DNA of 64,000 nt from positions 1-64,000 of the forward strand of contig NZ_CP134949.1 in NCBI RefSeq assembly GCF_032116555.1. The letters run 5' to 3'. The DNA comes from Halorarum halobium. Lineage in GTDB: Archaea; Halobacteriota; Halobacteria; Halobacteriales; Haloferacaceae. Below, in pieces: positions 21,009-30,229 of this stretch (position 1 is the first letter of the stretch; every line of letters starts with the position of its first letter). Made by a program: the position numbers and the translations under genes. The notes beneath the pieces were generated by a model, which was not told where the DNA came from, ran no database searches, and saw only the letters and a list, made by a program, of their open reading frames with translations.

Positions 21009-21791
21009 ATGGGTCGCAAGGACGAGTACTACAACAAGGCGAAACAGCAGGGCTACCGCGCCCGCTCGGCCTACAAGCTCCAGCAGCTCGACGAGGAGTC
21101 AGACCTGTTCTCGGGCGGCGAGACGGTCGTGGACCTCGGCGCGGCCCCGGGCGGGTGGCTCCAGGTCGCAGCCGAGCGCGTCGGCGACCACGGGCGCGTC
21201 GTCGGCGTCGACTTCCAGTCGATCGACGGCCTGGAGCACGACCACGTGAAGACGGTGCGGGGCGACATGACCGAGGACCGGACGCGCTACTACCTCCGGA
21301 AGGCGCTCGGCGCCGAGGAGGGCGAGCAGGTCGTCGACGTCGTCGTCTCGGACATGGCCCCGAACATGTCCGGTGAGTACTCGCTGGACCACGCGCGCTC
21401 CATCCATCTCGCCCGCCAGGCGTTCGAGGTCGCGCTCGAACTGCTGAAGCCCGGCGGCGACTTCGTCGTCAAGGTGTTCGACGGCCAGGATCTGGCCGAC
21501 TTTCGCGCGGACGTGGAGCCCGAGTTCCAGTACGTCCGGGCCTACACGCCCGAGGCCAGCCGGAAACAGTCCTCCGAGCGCTACCTCATCGGCAAGGGCC
21601 GGACCGACGCGCCGGTCGCCGAGGACGACGAGGTGGAACTGAAGATCGTCGACGTCGGCGACGAGGGCGACGGCATCGCACGGATCGAGGGGTTCACGGT
21701 GTTCGTGTCCGGCGCCGAGGAGGGCGAGACGGTTCGGGCCCGGGTCGGGGACGTGAAGCCGCGGTTCGCGTTCGCGGAGCGGCTGGACTGA
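21009..21791 (+). CDS. rlmE: 23S rRNA (uridine-2'-O)-methyltransferase RlmE/FtsJ with C-terminal TRAM domain
   Basis: KAKQQGYRARSAYKL, DLGAAPGGW, SDMAPN, KVF, ASRKQSSE.Y, TRAM G..GDGIA. Confidence 0.96.
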   Translation: MGRKDEYYNKAKQQGYRARSAYKLQQLDEESDLFSGGETVVDLGAAPGGWLQVAAERVGDHGRVVGVDFQSIDGLEHDHVKTVRGDMTEDRTRYYLRKALGAEEGEQVVDVVVSDMAPNMSGEYSLDHARSIHLARQAFEVALELLKPGGDFVVKVFDGQDLADFRADVEPEFQYVRAYTPEASRKQSSERYLIGKGRTDAPVAEDDEVELKIVDVGDEGDGIARIEGFTVFVSGAEEGETVRARVGDVKPRFAFAERLD

Positions 21792-21953
21792 TCTGCAGGT
21801 TCTCTACAGGTCGGTGATGCCGTTTGTTCGTCGCGGAGTTGGTCGAACGCCTCCGCCGGGATGCCGAGGACCAAGTAGGCGAGGGGCACTACGAACTCAT
21901 TTCGTAGTCTTGCCATGGACGGAGAGTCCGTCCATCAATCCGTCGTAGCAGTA

Positions 21954-22383
21954 TTATGACGCGTTCGTCCCGGTGTTCCATCGTGAGGTAACGGTGTTTG
22001 CCACCCACCCACCGACACGACCGCATGCCAGACCGAACACGGGAGAGACGCACAGGACTAGCCCAGTCGCGAAGACCCAGAATACGACTCTGGACAGCGG
22101 CCATGCCGCCGTCGCACCACTTGACTACTGTCACGATGAGCGTGAGCACCGCGACGACGCCACCAAGAAAACCGGCGCGGAATCCGACATCATCCGGGTC
22201 TCTCGAGCGGATTACGGCGATACCCCCCGCGATGAACGCTCCAATAACCATGATACCGCCACCGATGGTCGCCTCCGAGTTCGGCAACCAGTTTATCATG
22301 GCAGCGATGGGCAGTGAGGCTACCGCGCCGATGAGCGCGAACCGCCACGCCGATGGGGTAGTGCGGAGGAGCGATGGGGACAT
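21954..22383 (-). pseudogene. Frameshifted DUF5518-like membrane protein
   Basis: Frame 1 gives ...GFRAGFLGGVVAVLTLIVTVV. After one extra A near 22121 another frame continues SGATAAWPLSRVVFWVFATGLVLCVSPVFGLACGRVGGWVANT...* (TAA 21954-21956). Lower GC than flanks. Confidence 0.65.
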
Positions 22384-22515
22384 TCGTCCCAGGAAATCAT
22401 CGAGCGCCATCAATACTCTTCGTCAGCGAACGGAGTACGCTCCGTCAGAGTGTCACTCTCGGCGCTCTAAGCCATCAAAAACGGGCCGTGACGACCGCTC
22501 GCTGTTCCGCCCGCG

Positions 22516-23244
22516 TCAGTCCGCGTACGCCAGTCGCTCCGACCCGCTCCGCGACCGGACCGCCCCGACGACGGCGTAGACGAACGGCGTGTCGACGACG
22601 GCGATGAGCAGCTTCAGGGCGTACTGCCCGACGACGAGCGCGGCGATGCTCGGGCCCGCGGCGGCCGTCAGCGGCAGGCCGAGCTGTGCCCCGATGCCCA
22701 GTTGCGGGAGGACGTAGAACGCGACGCCGACGAACAGCACCGTGTCGACGAGCTGGCTCGTCGCGGTCGAGCCGACGTTGCGGAGCCAGAGGTGGTCGCC
22801 GTCGGTCGCGTCGCGGATGCGGTGGAACACCAGCACGTCCCAGTTCTGGCTCACGAGGTACGCGAGCAGGCTGCCGGCGACGATGTTGGTGCTCGCCCCG
22901 AGCACGGTCGCGAACGTCGACGCGAACTCGGGGTTCGCGGCCGGCGCGGCGATGGTGCTCCACACCAGCGCGAGCACGACGAAGTTCATCAGGAACGCCA
23001 CGTTGACCATCTCCTGGGCCGCCCGCCGGCCGTACAGCTCCGCGTAGCAGTCGGAGGCGAAGAACGTCACCGCGTACGCCAGCGCCGCGCCGGGCAGCGT
23101 CAGCGTCGCGCCGGCAAAGGGCAGCGAGAAGGGGATCGCGACCGCGAGCAGCTTCGCGGCCGTCACCTGCGCGACCACGAGCGCGGTCACGAACAGCGCG
23201 ACGATGGCGAGACGTTCGGGCGGAAGTCGGGTGGCGCTACTCAT
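22516..23244 (-). CDS. Queuosine/archaeosine precursor transporter (VUT/YhhQ family)
   Basis: Y..TF..SD..AELYG, S..AYLVSQ.WDV..F, WLRN.GST..SQLVDT, K.....DTPF.Y. Confidence 0.9.
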   Translation of the reverse strand: MSSATRLPPERLAIVALFVTALVVAQVTAAKLLAVAIPFSLPFAGATLTLPGAALAYAVTFFASDCYAELYGRRAAQEMVNVAFLMNFVVLALVWSTIAAPAANPEFASTFATVLGASTNIVAGSLLAYLVSQNWDVLVFHRIRDATDGDHLWLRNVGSTATSQLVDTVLFVGVAFYVLPQLGIGAQLGLPLTAAAGPSIAALVVGQYALKLLIAVVDTPFVYAVVGAVRSRSGSERLAYAD

Positions 23245-23431
23245 CGTCGTCCCCCGTCGCGTCCTCCTCCAGCCGGCCGTGCCGGGCGTCGATCTCGTCG
23301 AGCACGTCGAGGGTTTTTCGGACGGACGCTCTCACCGCGTCGCTCCGGTTCACGAACTTGCCGTCGTCGCCGACGTGCTCGTCGAGGTCGGCGAGGAGTT
23401 CGCCGGGGATCTCGACGCTTATTTTGGGCAT
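23237..23431 (-). CDS. Ribbon-helix-helix (CopG/NikR-like) transcriptional regulator
   Basis: MPKISVEIP..LL..LD....NRSDAVR.SVR. Confidence 0.85.
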   Translation of the reverse strand: MPKISVEIPGELLADLDEHVGDDGKFVNRSDAVRASVRKTLDVLDEIDARHGRLEEDATGDDDE

Positions 23432-23527
23432 ACTGGGAGATTCCCTCGGGATTATTTGAAGGCACTCATTGATCGGTGGTTGGCTCGGTGGGCTACAGCG
23501 GAATTTCGGTCGGGGGTGCCGCGACTA

Positions 23528-23751
23528 CCTCGAAAGCCCCCGCGGCCCCTTTCAGTCCCACCCACCGCAACCGCACCGCCCCGCACCTCACCCTCCCCAG
23601 CCTCTTGCGCTTCTCGCTCCCTGCGGTCGCTGTCGTTCGAAAGGCGCTTCGCGCCTTTCGTGATGACGAGACGCCGCTGGCGTCTCGAACCACGATGCTC
23701 ATCCCTCGCGCGCGTCCGCTCGCCCCTGCGGGGCTCGCCGTCACGCGGGTC
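23528..23751 (-). repeat. Modular structured intergenic element, family A, copy 4
   Basis: Reverse complement GGGTGGGACTGAAAGGGGCCGCGGGGGCTTTCGAGG. Exact 46-bp match to copy 3. Confidence 0.9.
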
Positions 23752-23803
23752 ACCGCTACCGGTGGGAAGTCACGTCGCCCGCGAAAATCGCGACCGGGCA
23801 GCC

Positions 23804-26554
23804 CTACCGCGTCGTCCCGACCGTCGGCTTCCGGAGGTCCCGCCTGCCGCCGAGCGTCAGCACGAACAGGACCCCCAGCCCGATGCCGTACGCGACCATC
23901 AGCGGCACCGTCACGAGGAACATCGTGATGACGTCCGCGGGGGTAAACAGCGCCGCGGCCAGCATGATGGCGACGGTGACCTCGCGCCAGCGCTTCCGCA
24001 TCGCGCGGTAGGAGACGCCCGCCGAGTTGAGCAGGATCATCAGGATGGGTACGTCGGCCAGGACGCCGATGCCCAGCGTCGTGAAGATGACGAGCCAGAA
24101 GAAGTCGCTGATCCGGTAGCTGATGATCATCCCGGCCCGCAGCGCGTCGCCGACGAGCCACGAGATGACCGCCGGCGCGATGGTCGTGTAGCCGAGGTAG
24201 AGCCCGCCGAACAGCCCCACGAGCAGCATCGCGGTCCAGCCGAAGATGACCTGTCTTCGCCCGCGGACGAACCCGCGCTCCCGGAGCGCCGGCCAGGCGT
24301 AGTACGCCGCGAACGGGAGCACGGCGGCGATCCCGAGCAGCGTCGAGATCTTCACCTCGAAGATGAGCGCCTCGACCGGGTGGAGCACGATGACGCCGAA
24401 CTGCTCCGCGCCCTCGCCGACCACCTCCTCGGGGAGCCGACGGACGAAGTTCCGCCGGACGTCCCCGATCCCGCCCGAATACAGCCACGCGAACGTCCCG
24501 GCCATGACGACGCCGAAGACGACGACGAGCCGGAACGCCCGGGAGCGCAGCGAGTTGGCGATGAACGCCAGGTCGTCGTAGTAGCCGCCGATGTCGTCCT
24601 CGTCGGAGTCGCCGTCGGTCAGTCCGTCGAGGAACGTGCTGCTCGCGCGTGACGTCCGGTCGCCGATGTCGTCGGACGCGCCGGGGACGCCTCCCCCGCC
24701 CGAACCGCCGGCCGCCTCCCGAGCCCGCTGGACCTCGTCGAACCGGTCGAGGACGACCCGCGCCTTCTCCGTGTCGCCCGCCTCGGCCGCCGTGCTCGCC
24801 AGGAAGTTCGCCCGCTGTTCGGACACCGCGGCGAAGGTGGCGTTCGGGGCACGCCGGACCTCCTCGGCCGAGAGCACTCCGATGTCGACCGCCTCCGGGT
24901 CGGTGCCGGCCGAGTACGCGACGTACACCGACAGGAGCGCGCCCAGCAGGACTGCGAGCAGCAGCCCCGCGGCGGCGAACAGGCCGAGCGCGGCCGTCCC
25001 CGTCACTGGCACCCACGCGGTCAGCGCGGCCGCCGAGGTGCCGTACTCGGTCAGGACGCCGTCGGCGAGTTCGGGCCGTTCGAGCAGCAGATAGCCGACC
25101 GCGAAGACGACCCCGCCGATGCCAAGCAGCACGTTCCACAGCCCCGTGAACCGGGCTCGCCAGTCGACGAAGCCGCTCCCGCGCCGGATCGCGCCGAGGA
25201 CGGCGCCGTCGCCGGTGAGCAGGTCCCGCGGCGGGCCGGCGGAAGCGGCCGCGCCCGCCGCGTCGCCATCCGCCGATTCAGCACCCTCGCCCGCCTCGCC
25301 GGCGGCTTCGGCCTCGTCGTAGCGGTCGAGGATGGCCTGCGCCTTCGCGGGGTCGTCGGATTCCATCGCCGCCTCGGCGGCCGCGAGCGCCTCCTCCTCG
25401 TCCATCCCGGCGAACGCCTCGGGCGGCGCGGACCGGACGCCGTCGGCGTCGAGCCCGGCGAGGTCGATGCTCCCCGGCTCGCCGACCTTGCCGCCCACGT
25501 CGACCGCGGCGTTGAGTTCGACGTAGATGTAGTACGCCAGCGCGACCAGCATCGCCGCCAGCGCGGCGACGACGGCGGCGACGATCGCGACGGTCTCGGT
25601 CAGGACTGGGACCCTGGACGTGGTGAGGCCGGCGATTGCGGCGTTCACCGCCTCGGGGCCGCCGCGGAGGAAGAACAGCGCGACGGCCGCGCCCACGAGC
25701 ACGCCGATCCCGCCGAGTTCGTTCCAGTTGCGCCTGGCGGTGGCGGGGGCGTCGATGCGGGCGCTCCCACGCTTTGCAGTGACGACGACCTTCGCGAGGT
25801 AGAGCGAGGCGCCGTACAGCACGAGCAGCGGCACCGCCCACATGACCTGGGTGAACGGGTCCGGCGGCGAGAAGAACGCGCCGAACACGAAGATGAGCAG
25901 GACCGCGTAGCGCCACTTGTCGCGGAACGTCTCGTACGGGATGATCTCCGCGTAGGAGAGCGCCGTCACGACCAGCGGCATCTGCGCGGCGAAGCCGAAC
26001 GAGAACGTGAGCAGCATGATGAACTCCGCCCACTTCACGATGGAGTAGGTCGGCGAGATGCCCGCCGAGAGGGCGTTGTTCGCCAGGAACGCGAACATGA
26101 ACGGGAAGAAGACGAGGTAGCCGTACGCGACGCCGCCGACGAACAGTCCCGCGGCGAGCAGGCCGATCAGGACGAGTTTCCAGCGGGCGACGGGCGTCTG
26201 GGGCCACAGGCCGCGTTCGCGGAGCGGCTCCCGGGCGAAGTAGAGGAACGGCGGGATGGCGACGAGTATCCCGACCGCGAGGCCGATCTTCGCCTGCAAC
26301 AGGATGACGTCGAACGGCGTCTGGGCGATGATCTTCACCTCCTGTGCGGTCAGCGAGTCCAGCCGGGCCTCGGTGACGGCCTTCAGGAACTCCCAGACGT
26401 AGAGCCGCAGCGAGTAGAACGTCCCGAGGAACCCGACGAGAAAGACGATGAACACCTTCTGGAGGTCCTTCTGGGCCGAGCGGAGCATGGCCCGGACCGT
26501 GTCCTGGCCGGCCGCCAGCGCCTGCTGGGTGTCCTCGTCGAGTGCGCTCGACAT
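23804..26554 (-). CDS. tatC: Twin-arginine translocase TatC, tandem double-domain form (916 aa)
   Basis: Two TatC domains (..SPPDPFTQ.. and ..FTPADVITM..) joined by a long linker. ATG at 26554. Confidence 0.93.
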   Translation of the reverse strand: MSSALDEDTQQALAAGQDTVRAMLRSAQKDLQKVFIVFLVGFLGTFYSLRLYVWEFLKAVTEARLDSLTAQEVKIIAQTPFDVILLQAKIGLAVGILVAIPPFLYFAREPLRERGLWPQTPVARWKLVLIGLLAAGLFVGGVAYGYLVFFPFMFAFLANNALSAGISPTYSIVKWAEFIMLLTFSFGFAAQMPLVVTALSYAEIIPYETFRDKWRYAVLLIFVFGAFFSPPDPFTQVMWAVPLLVLYGASLYLAKVVVTAKRGSARIDAPATARRNWNELGGIGVLVGAAVALFFLRGGPEAVNAAIAGLTTSRVPVLTETVAIVAAVVAALAAMLVALAYYIYVELNAAVDVGGKVGEPGSIDLAGLDADGVRSAPPEAFAGMDEEEALAAAEAAMESDDPAKAQAILDRYDEAEAAGEAGEGAESADGDAAGAAASAGPPRDLLTGDGAVLGAIRRGSGFVDWRARFTGLWNVLLGIGGVVFAVGYLLLERPELADGVLTEYGTSAAALTAWVPVTGTAALGLFAAAGLLLAVLLGALLSVYVAYSAGTDPEAVDIGVLSAEEVRRAPNATFAAVSEQRANFLASTAAEAGDTEKARVVLDRFDEVQRAREAAGGSGGGGVPGASDDIGDRTSRASSTFLDGLTDGDSDEDDIGGYYDDLAFIANSLRSRAFRLVVVFGVVMAGTFAWLYSGGIGDVRRNFVRRLPEEVVGEGAEQFGVIVLHPVEALIFEVKISTLLGIAAVLPFAAYYAWPALRERGFVRGRRQVIFGWTAMLLVGLFGGLYLGYTTIAPAVISWLVGDALRAGMIISYRISDFFWLVIFTTLGIGVLADVPILMILLNSAGVSYRAMRKRWREVTVAIMLAAALFTPADVITMFLVTVPLMVAYGIGLGVLFVLTLGGRRDLRKPTVGTTR

Positions 26555-26596
26555 ACCGTTGGGGAGCCTCCTCGCGGTTATCAACCTTTTCACACC

Positions 26597-26755
26597 GCGA
26601 CCTTTTACGCTGCGGGCCGCCTCCGGCGGCCCTCGGTAAAAGCTCGACCAAAAGCACTCCTCCCTCCCTTCACTCGCTCCGCTCGTTCGGGTCGCTCGTC
26701 GGCCCGCTCGCTCGGTCAGCACGGCTACGCCGTGCTTCCCTCCCTCCCGGAGGGT
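26597..26755 (-). repeat. Structured intergenic element, family B
   Basis: Minus strand: GCACGGC-GTA-GCCGTGC, GA/GA-mismatch hairpin GAACGAGC-GGA-GCGAGTGA, CTTTTGGTC.., GGGCCGCC-GGA-GGCGGCCC. Confidence 0.6.
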
Positions 26756-26889
26756 GAACTGGTGCCTTTGGCGGCTGGACGGTCGTCGCCCCGTCGGAAG
26801 CCGGACGATCGCACCTGACTCGCCGACGCGACCGACTTTCTCACGAGTCCATCGGAAAAGGCCTATAACTGACGGGGGAGGTAGAACGG

Positions 26890-28167
26890 ATGATGACCGA
26901 GGACGCGGACGGGTCTCCAGAGTCGACGCCGAGCGACGGCGCCGACGAATCCGCGTCCGACGACGAGGAGCAGGTCTCGGACGGAGCCTCCGACGGCTCG
27001 GAGGCGCCGGACACGGATTCGGGGGAGAATCGGGATTCGACGAACGACTCCGGGTCGGGCACGACGGACGTGGAGGATGCCGACGAAACGGCTACTGACA
27101 CTTCGGAGGACGACGAGCCCGAGGCGACTGACTCCGCTGCTGACCCCGATTTGGACGGCGACGGAACGCTCGAGAAGGTCGACCGACCTGACGACCCGGC
27201 CGACGCGGTGGCCGACGACCTCGACGTCGGCCCCGAGGAGCCCGAATCGACCCCGGACGCCGGTCGGGACGGCGAGGGCTCCGCCGAACCCGTCGACGCC
27301 GACGCGGCGGAGGCGGAGAAAGAGGAGGAACTGACGACCGCCCAGAAGGGGATGCAGACCGTCGAGAACGTCGGCAACGCGCTCGGCGGCTCCGTCGAGG
27401 GGCCCGACTCCGACCAGGAGATGCCCCTGACCCAGCACATCGAGGAGATGATGCGACGGCTCGCGGCCGTCTTCGCCGTCGCCGCGGTCGTCTCCGGCGC
27501 GGTGCTGTTCGTCGGCAGCGTCTCGCCGGTGGTGCCGAGCGCGGCCGAACTCATCCGCTACTTCTGGGACTACCACGTCGGCCTGCCGACCACGCCGGGC
27601 GGCGAGGGCGGCTACTCGCCGTACGTGTACGGCCCGCTCGAGTACCTCCTCACCAAGATCAAGGTCGTCGGGCTGGCCGGCCTGCTCGCGGGCCTCCCGA
27701 TGTTCGTCTACCAGACGTACCGCTTCATGCGCCCCGGCCTCTACCCCCACGAGCGCCGGTACTACCTCGCGGCCGTTCCCACGAGCCTCGTGCTGGGCGT
27801 CGTCGGCGCCGCGTTCGCCCACTTCGCCGTCCTCCCGTTCGTCTTCGACTACTTCATCAGCTACACCGTCGGCACCGCCGAACTCGCGTTCGGCCTGAAG
27901 GAGACGTTCAACCTCATCCTCATCATGATGGGCTACTTCGCGGTCGTGTTCCAGATTCCGCTGTTCATCCAGCTCGCCATCATGATGGGCGTCGTCACCC
28001 GCCAGTGGCTGGAGGACCGCCGGCTCATCTTCTGGGGCGGGTTCCTGGGGCTCGCGCTCACGTTCATCTCGGTGGACCCGACGGGCTTTGCGCCCATCAT
28101 CGTCGCCGTCACGATGATCACCCTCTTCGAGGGGACGCTCGCGCTGCTACGCTGGACCGGGAACTGA
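26890..28167 (+). CDS. tatC: Twin-arginine translocase TatC, single domain with long acidic N-terminal extension
   Basis: EMPL.QHIEEM.RR, FMRPGLY.HERRY, VFQIP, DPTG. About 170 aa Asp/Glu-rich N-terminus. Confidence 0.93.
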   Translation: MMTEDADGSPESTPSDGADESASDDEEQVSDGASDGSEAPDTDSGENRDSTNDSGSGTTDVEDADETATDTSEDDEPEATDSAADPDLDGDGTLEKVDRPDDPADAVADDLDVGPEEPESTPDAGRDGEGSAEPVDADAAEAEKEEELTTAQKGMQTVENVGNALGGSVEGPDSDQEMPLTQHIEEMMRRLAAVFAVAAVVSGAVLFVGSVSPVVPSAAELIRYFWDYHVGLPTTPGGEGGYSPYVYGPLEYLLTKIKVVGLAGLLAGLPMFVYQTYRFMRPGLYPHERRYYLAAVPTSLVLGVVGAAFAHFAVLPFVFDYFISYTVGTAELAFGLKETFNLILIMMGYFAVVFQIPLFIQLAIMMGVVTRQWLEDRRLIFWGGFLGLALTFISVDPTGFAPIIVAVTMITLFEGTLALLRWTGN

Positions 28168-28209
28168 GCGGGCCGGACGCTTTTCTCGGAGGGCCGTGAC
28201 CGCCGACGC

Positions 28210-28752
28210 ATGCAGCCCTCCAGACGGCGCACGCTCGGAGCGCTCGCGTGTACCGCCCTCGCCGGCCTCGCCGGCTGTACGAGCGGCTTCGGCTCCGACG
28301 GCACCTCCACCGACGACTCCTCGGCCGGAAAGCCGTCGACCGACGGCACGCCCTCCGACGAGCAGCCGACCGGCGGGACCCCCGCGGTGGACCTCGAGGC
28401 GAGCCTGCACGGCCCCGACGGCACCCGTCACCTGTTCGACGAGCGCGACGTCGAGACCGTCGGCCCGGTCGAACGGACGGGCAGTTCCCCCGGCGTCCCG
28501 GTCACGCTGACCGACGGGGGGACGTCGTCCGTCGGCGAGACGGTGCGCACGGCGGGCGTCGCTGACGACCCCGACGCCTGCGAGATCGCCATCGCGGTCG
28601 ACGGCGAGGAGGAGAACCGCTTTGGCATCACCGGCGGCCTGGCGGAGGCCATCGCCGAGGGGGAGTGGGAGGGCGAGTTCCTCCTGCTGTTCGAGGACCG
28701 GGAGCGGGCCACGAAGGTCCGGCAAGCGCTCCTGGGGACCGGAACCGAGTAA
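28210..28752 (+). CDS. Tat-exported lipoprotein
   Basis: SRRRTL twin-arginine motif, lipobox LAGC, Ser/Thr linker, small globular domain. Confidence 0.8.
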   Translation: MQPSRRRTLGALACTALAGLAGCTSGFGSDGTSTDDSSAGKPSTDGTPSDEQPTGGTPAVDLEASLHGPDGTRHLFDERDVETVGPVERTGSSPGVPVTLTDGGTSSVGETVRTAGVADDPDACEIAIAVDGEEENRFGITGGLAEAIAEGEWEGEFLLLFEDRERATKVRQALLGTGTE

Positions 28753-28860
28753 CCCGCCGCCGGTTCGGTAGCCGCCCTCCTGACGGGATTCGTTCACGGC
28801 GACGACTGCCGTTCGGCCGCATCGTCACGCCCCCACCCGCCGGCGTCACCACGGCAACGC

Positions 28861-28897
28861 TTATATTAGTGTACCCTAATATTAGCAGGTGCTAATG
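28861..28897 (+). promoter_or_regulatory. Promoter/operator of ars operon: TATA-like TTATATTA plus two tandem ATTAG-N6-CTAAT palindromes
   Basis: ATTAG-TGTACC-CTAAT (28865-28880) and ATTAG-CAGGTG-CTAAT (28881-28896). The second overlaps the arsR ATG. Confidence 0.75.
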
Positions 28898-29269
28898 AAT
28901 GGCCAGCAGACCGACGGCGAACTGACCGACGGGCGGGGGCCGCGAGCGGCCGACTGCTGTGCGCGCGGTCACTCGCTCACCGACGGCGAGGTGGCCGCCG
29001 ACGTGGAGACGCTCGCGGCGCTCGGTAACGACACCCGGTACGAGGCGCTCCGCTTCGTCGCCGAGGCGGACGACGCCGTCTGCGGCTGCGAGCTGGAGCC
29101 GTCGCTCGGCGTGAGCCAGGGCGCGGTCAGCCAGGCGCTCTCGCGGCTGTTCAGCACCGGGCTCGTCGAACGACGCAAGGAGGGCCGGTGGCGCTACTAC
29201 TCCGCGACGCCGCGGGCGACCCGGCTCCTGGACGTCCTCGGCGACACGAGGTCGACCGCCGATGACTGA
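28895..29269 (+). CDS. arsR: ArsR/SmtB family transcriptional regulator
   Basis: ALGN.TR, CGCEL metal box, SQGAVSQAL..L, RKEGRWRYY, extra N-terminal CC. Confidence 0.92.
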   Translation: MNGQQTDGELTDGRGPRAADCCARGHSLTDGEVAADVETLAALGNDTRYEALRFVAEADDAVCGCELEPSLGVSQGAVSQALSRLFSTGLVERRKEGRWRYYSATPRATRLLDVLGDTRSTADD

Positions 29270-30092
29270 CGAGGCGGCGGAACGGCGGACGGCCGTGCGG
29301 GAGCGCTACGCGGGCATCGCCACGGAGCAGTCGCGCGAATCCGGATCGTGCTGTGGCGGCACGGGCGGTTCCCGTGACTCTCCCGCGGAGCGGTCGTCGA
29401 AACACGGCTACTCCGACGAGGACCTCGACGCCGTCGCCCCGGGTGCGAACCTGGGGCTCGGCTGTGGCAACCCGACCGCGCTCGCGGGGCTCGAAGCGGG
29501 CGAGGACGTCCTCGACCTCGGCTCGGGCGGCGGGTTCGACTGTTTCCTCGCGGCGCGGGAGGTCGCTCCCGACGGCCGCGTCGTCGGCGTCGACATGACC
29601 CCGGAGATGGTCGAGAAGGCCCGCGAGAACGTCGAGTCGAACGACGCGGACGACGTCGAGTTCAGGCTCGGCGAGATCGAACACCTCCCGGTCGCGGACG
29701 GCGTGATCGACGTGATCATCTCGAACTGCGTCGTGAACCTCTCGCCGGACAAGCCGCGGGTGTTCCGCGAGGCGTACCGCGTGCTCCGCCCGGGGGGCCG
29801 CCTCGCCGTCTCGGACGTCGTGCTGACGGCCGAACCGCCGGAAGGGCTCGACGCCGACCCGGAGTCGGTCGCCGCGTGCGTCGGCGGCGCGTCGCCGACC
29901 TCGGCGCTCGAGACGATGCTGACGGATGCCGGGTTCGTCGACGTCTCGATCGAGCCGAAGGACGAGAGCGAGTCGTTCATCCGCGACTGGGACGACGAGC
30001 GCGACCTCGCGGAGTTCCTCGTCGCCGCGACCATCGAGGCCGAGAAGCCGACGGCCGAACGCCGATCCGGGCGCGAGGAGGGAGCCGCGTGA
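29262..30092 (+). CDS. arsM: Arsenite S-adenosylmethionine methyltransferase
   Basis: SCC, GLGCGNP, LDLGSGGGFD, GVDMT, IISNCVVNL, ACVGGA. Confidence 0.95.
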   Translation: MTDEAAERRTAVRERYAGIATEQSRESGSCCGGTGGSRDSPAERSSKHGYSDEDLDAVAPGANLGLGCGNPTALAGLEAGEDVLDLGSGGGFDCFLAAREVAPDGRVVGVDMTPEMVEKARENVESNDADDVEFRLGEIEHLPVADGVIDVIISNCVVNLSPDKPRVFREAYRVLRPGGRLAVSDVVLTAEPPEGLDADPESVAACVGGASPTSALETMLTDAGFVDVSIEPKDESESFIRDWDDERDLAEFLVAATIEAEKPTAERRSGREEGAA

Positions 30093-30229
30093 CCGCTCCC
30101 GGAGGGGCCGAGTCTCGCCGGCCAACAGTCCGATCAGGACCGATCCGCGCGGGGTCGAACCGGCCGGAGCCGAACCGACCCGCGACCGCAACGAACCGAC
30201 CCGCGACCACGGCACTCACCACACGCTCG

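Noticed and set aside
30172..30208. GAACCGACCCGCGACC duplicated between arsM and the small ORF
   Set aside because: Two-unit slippage duplication with no supporting structure.
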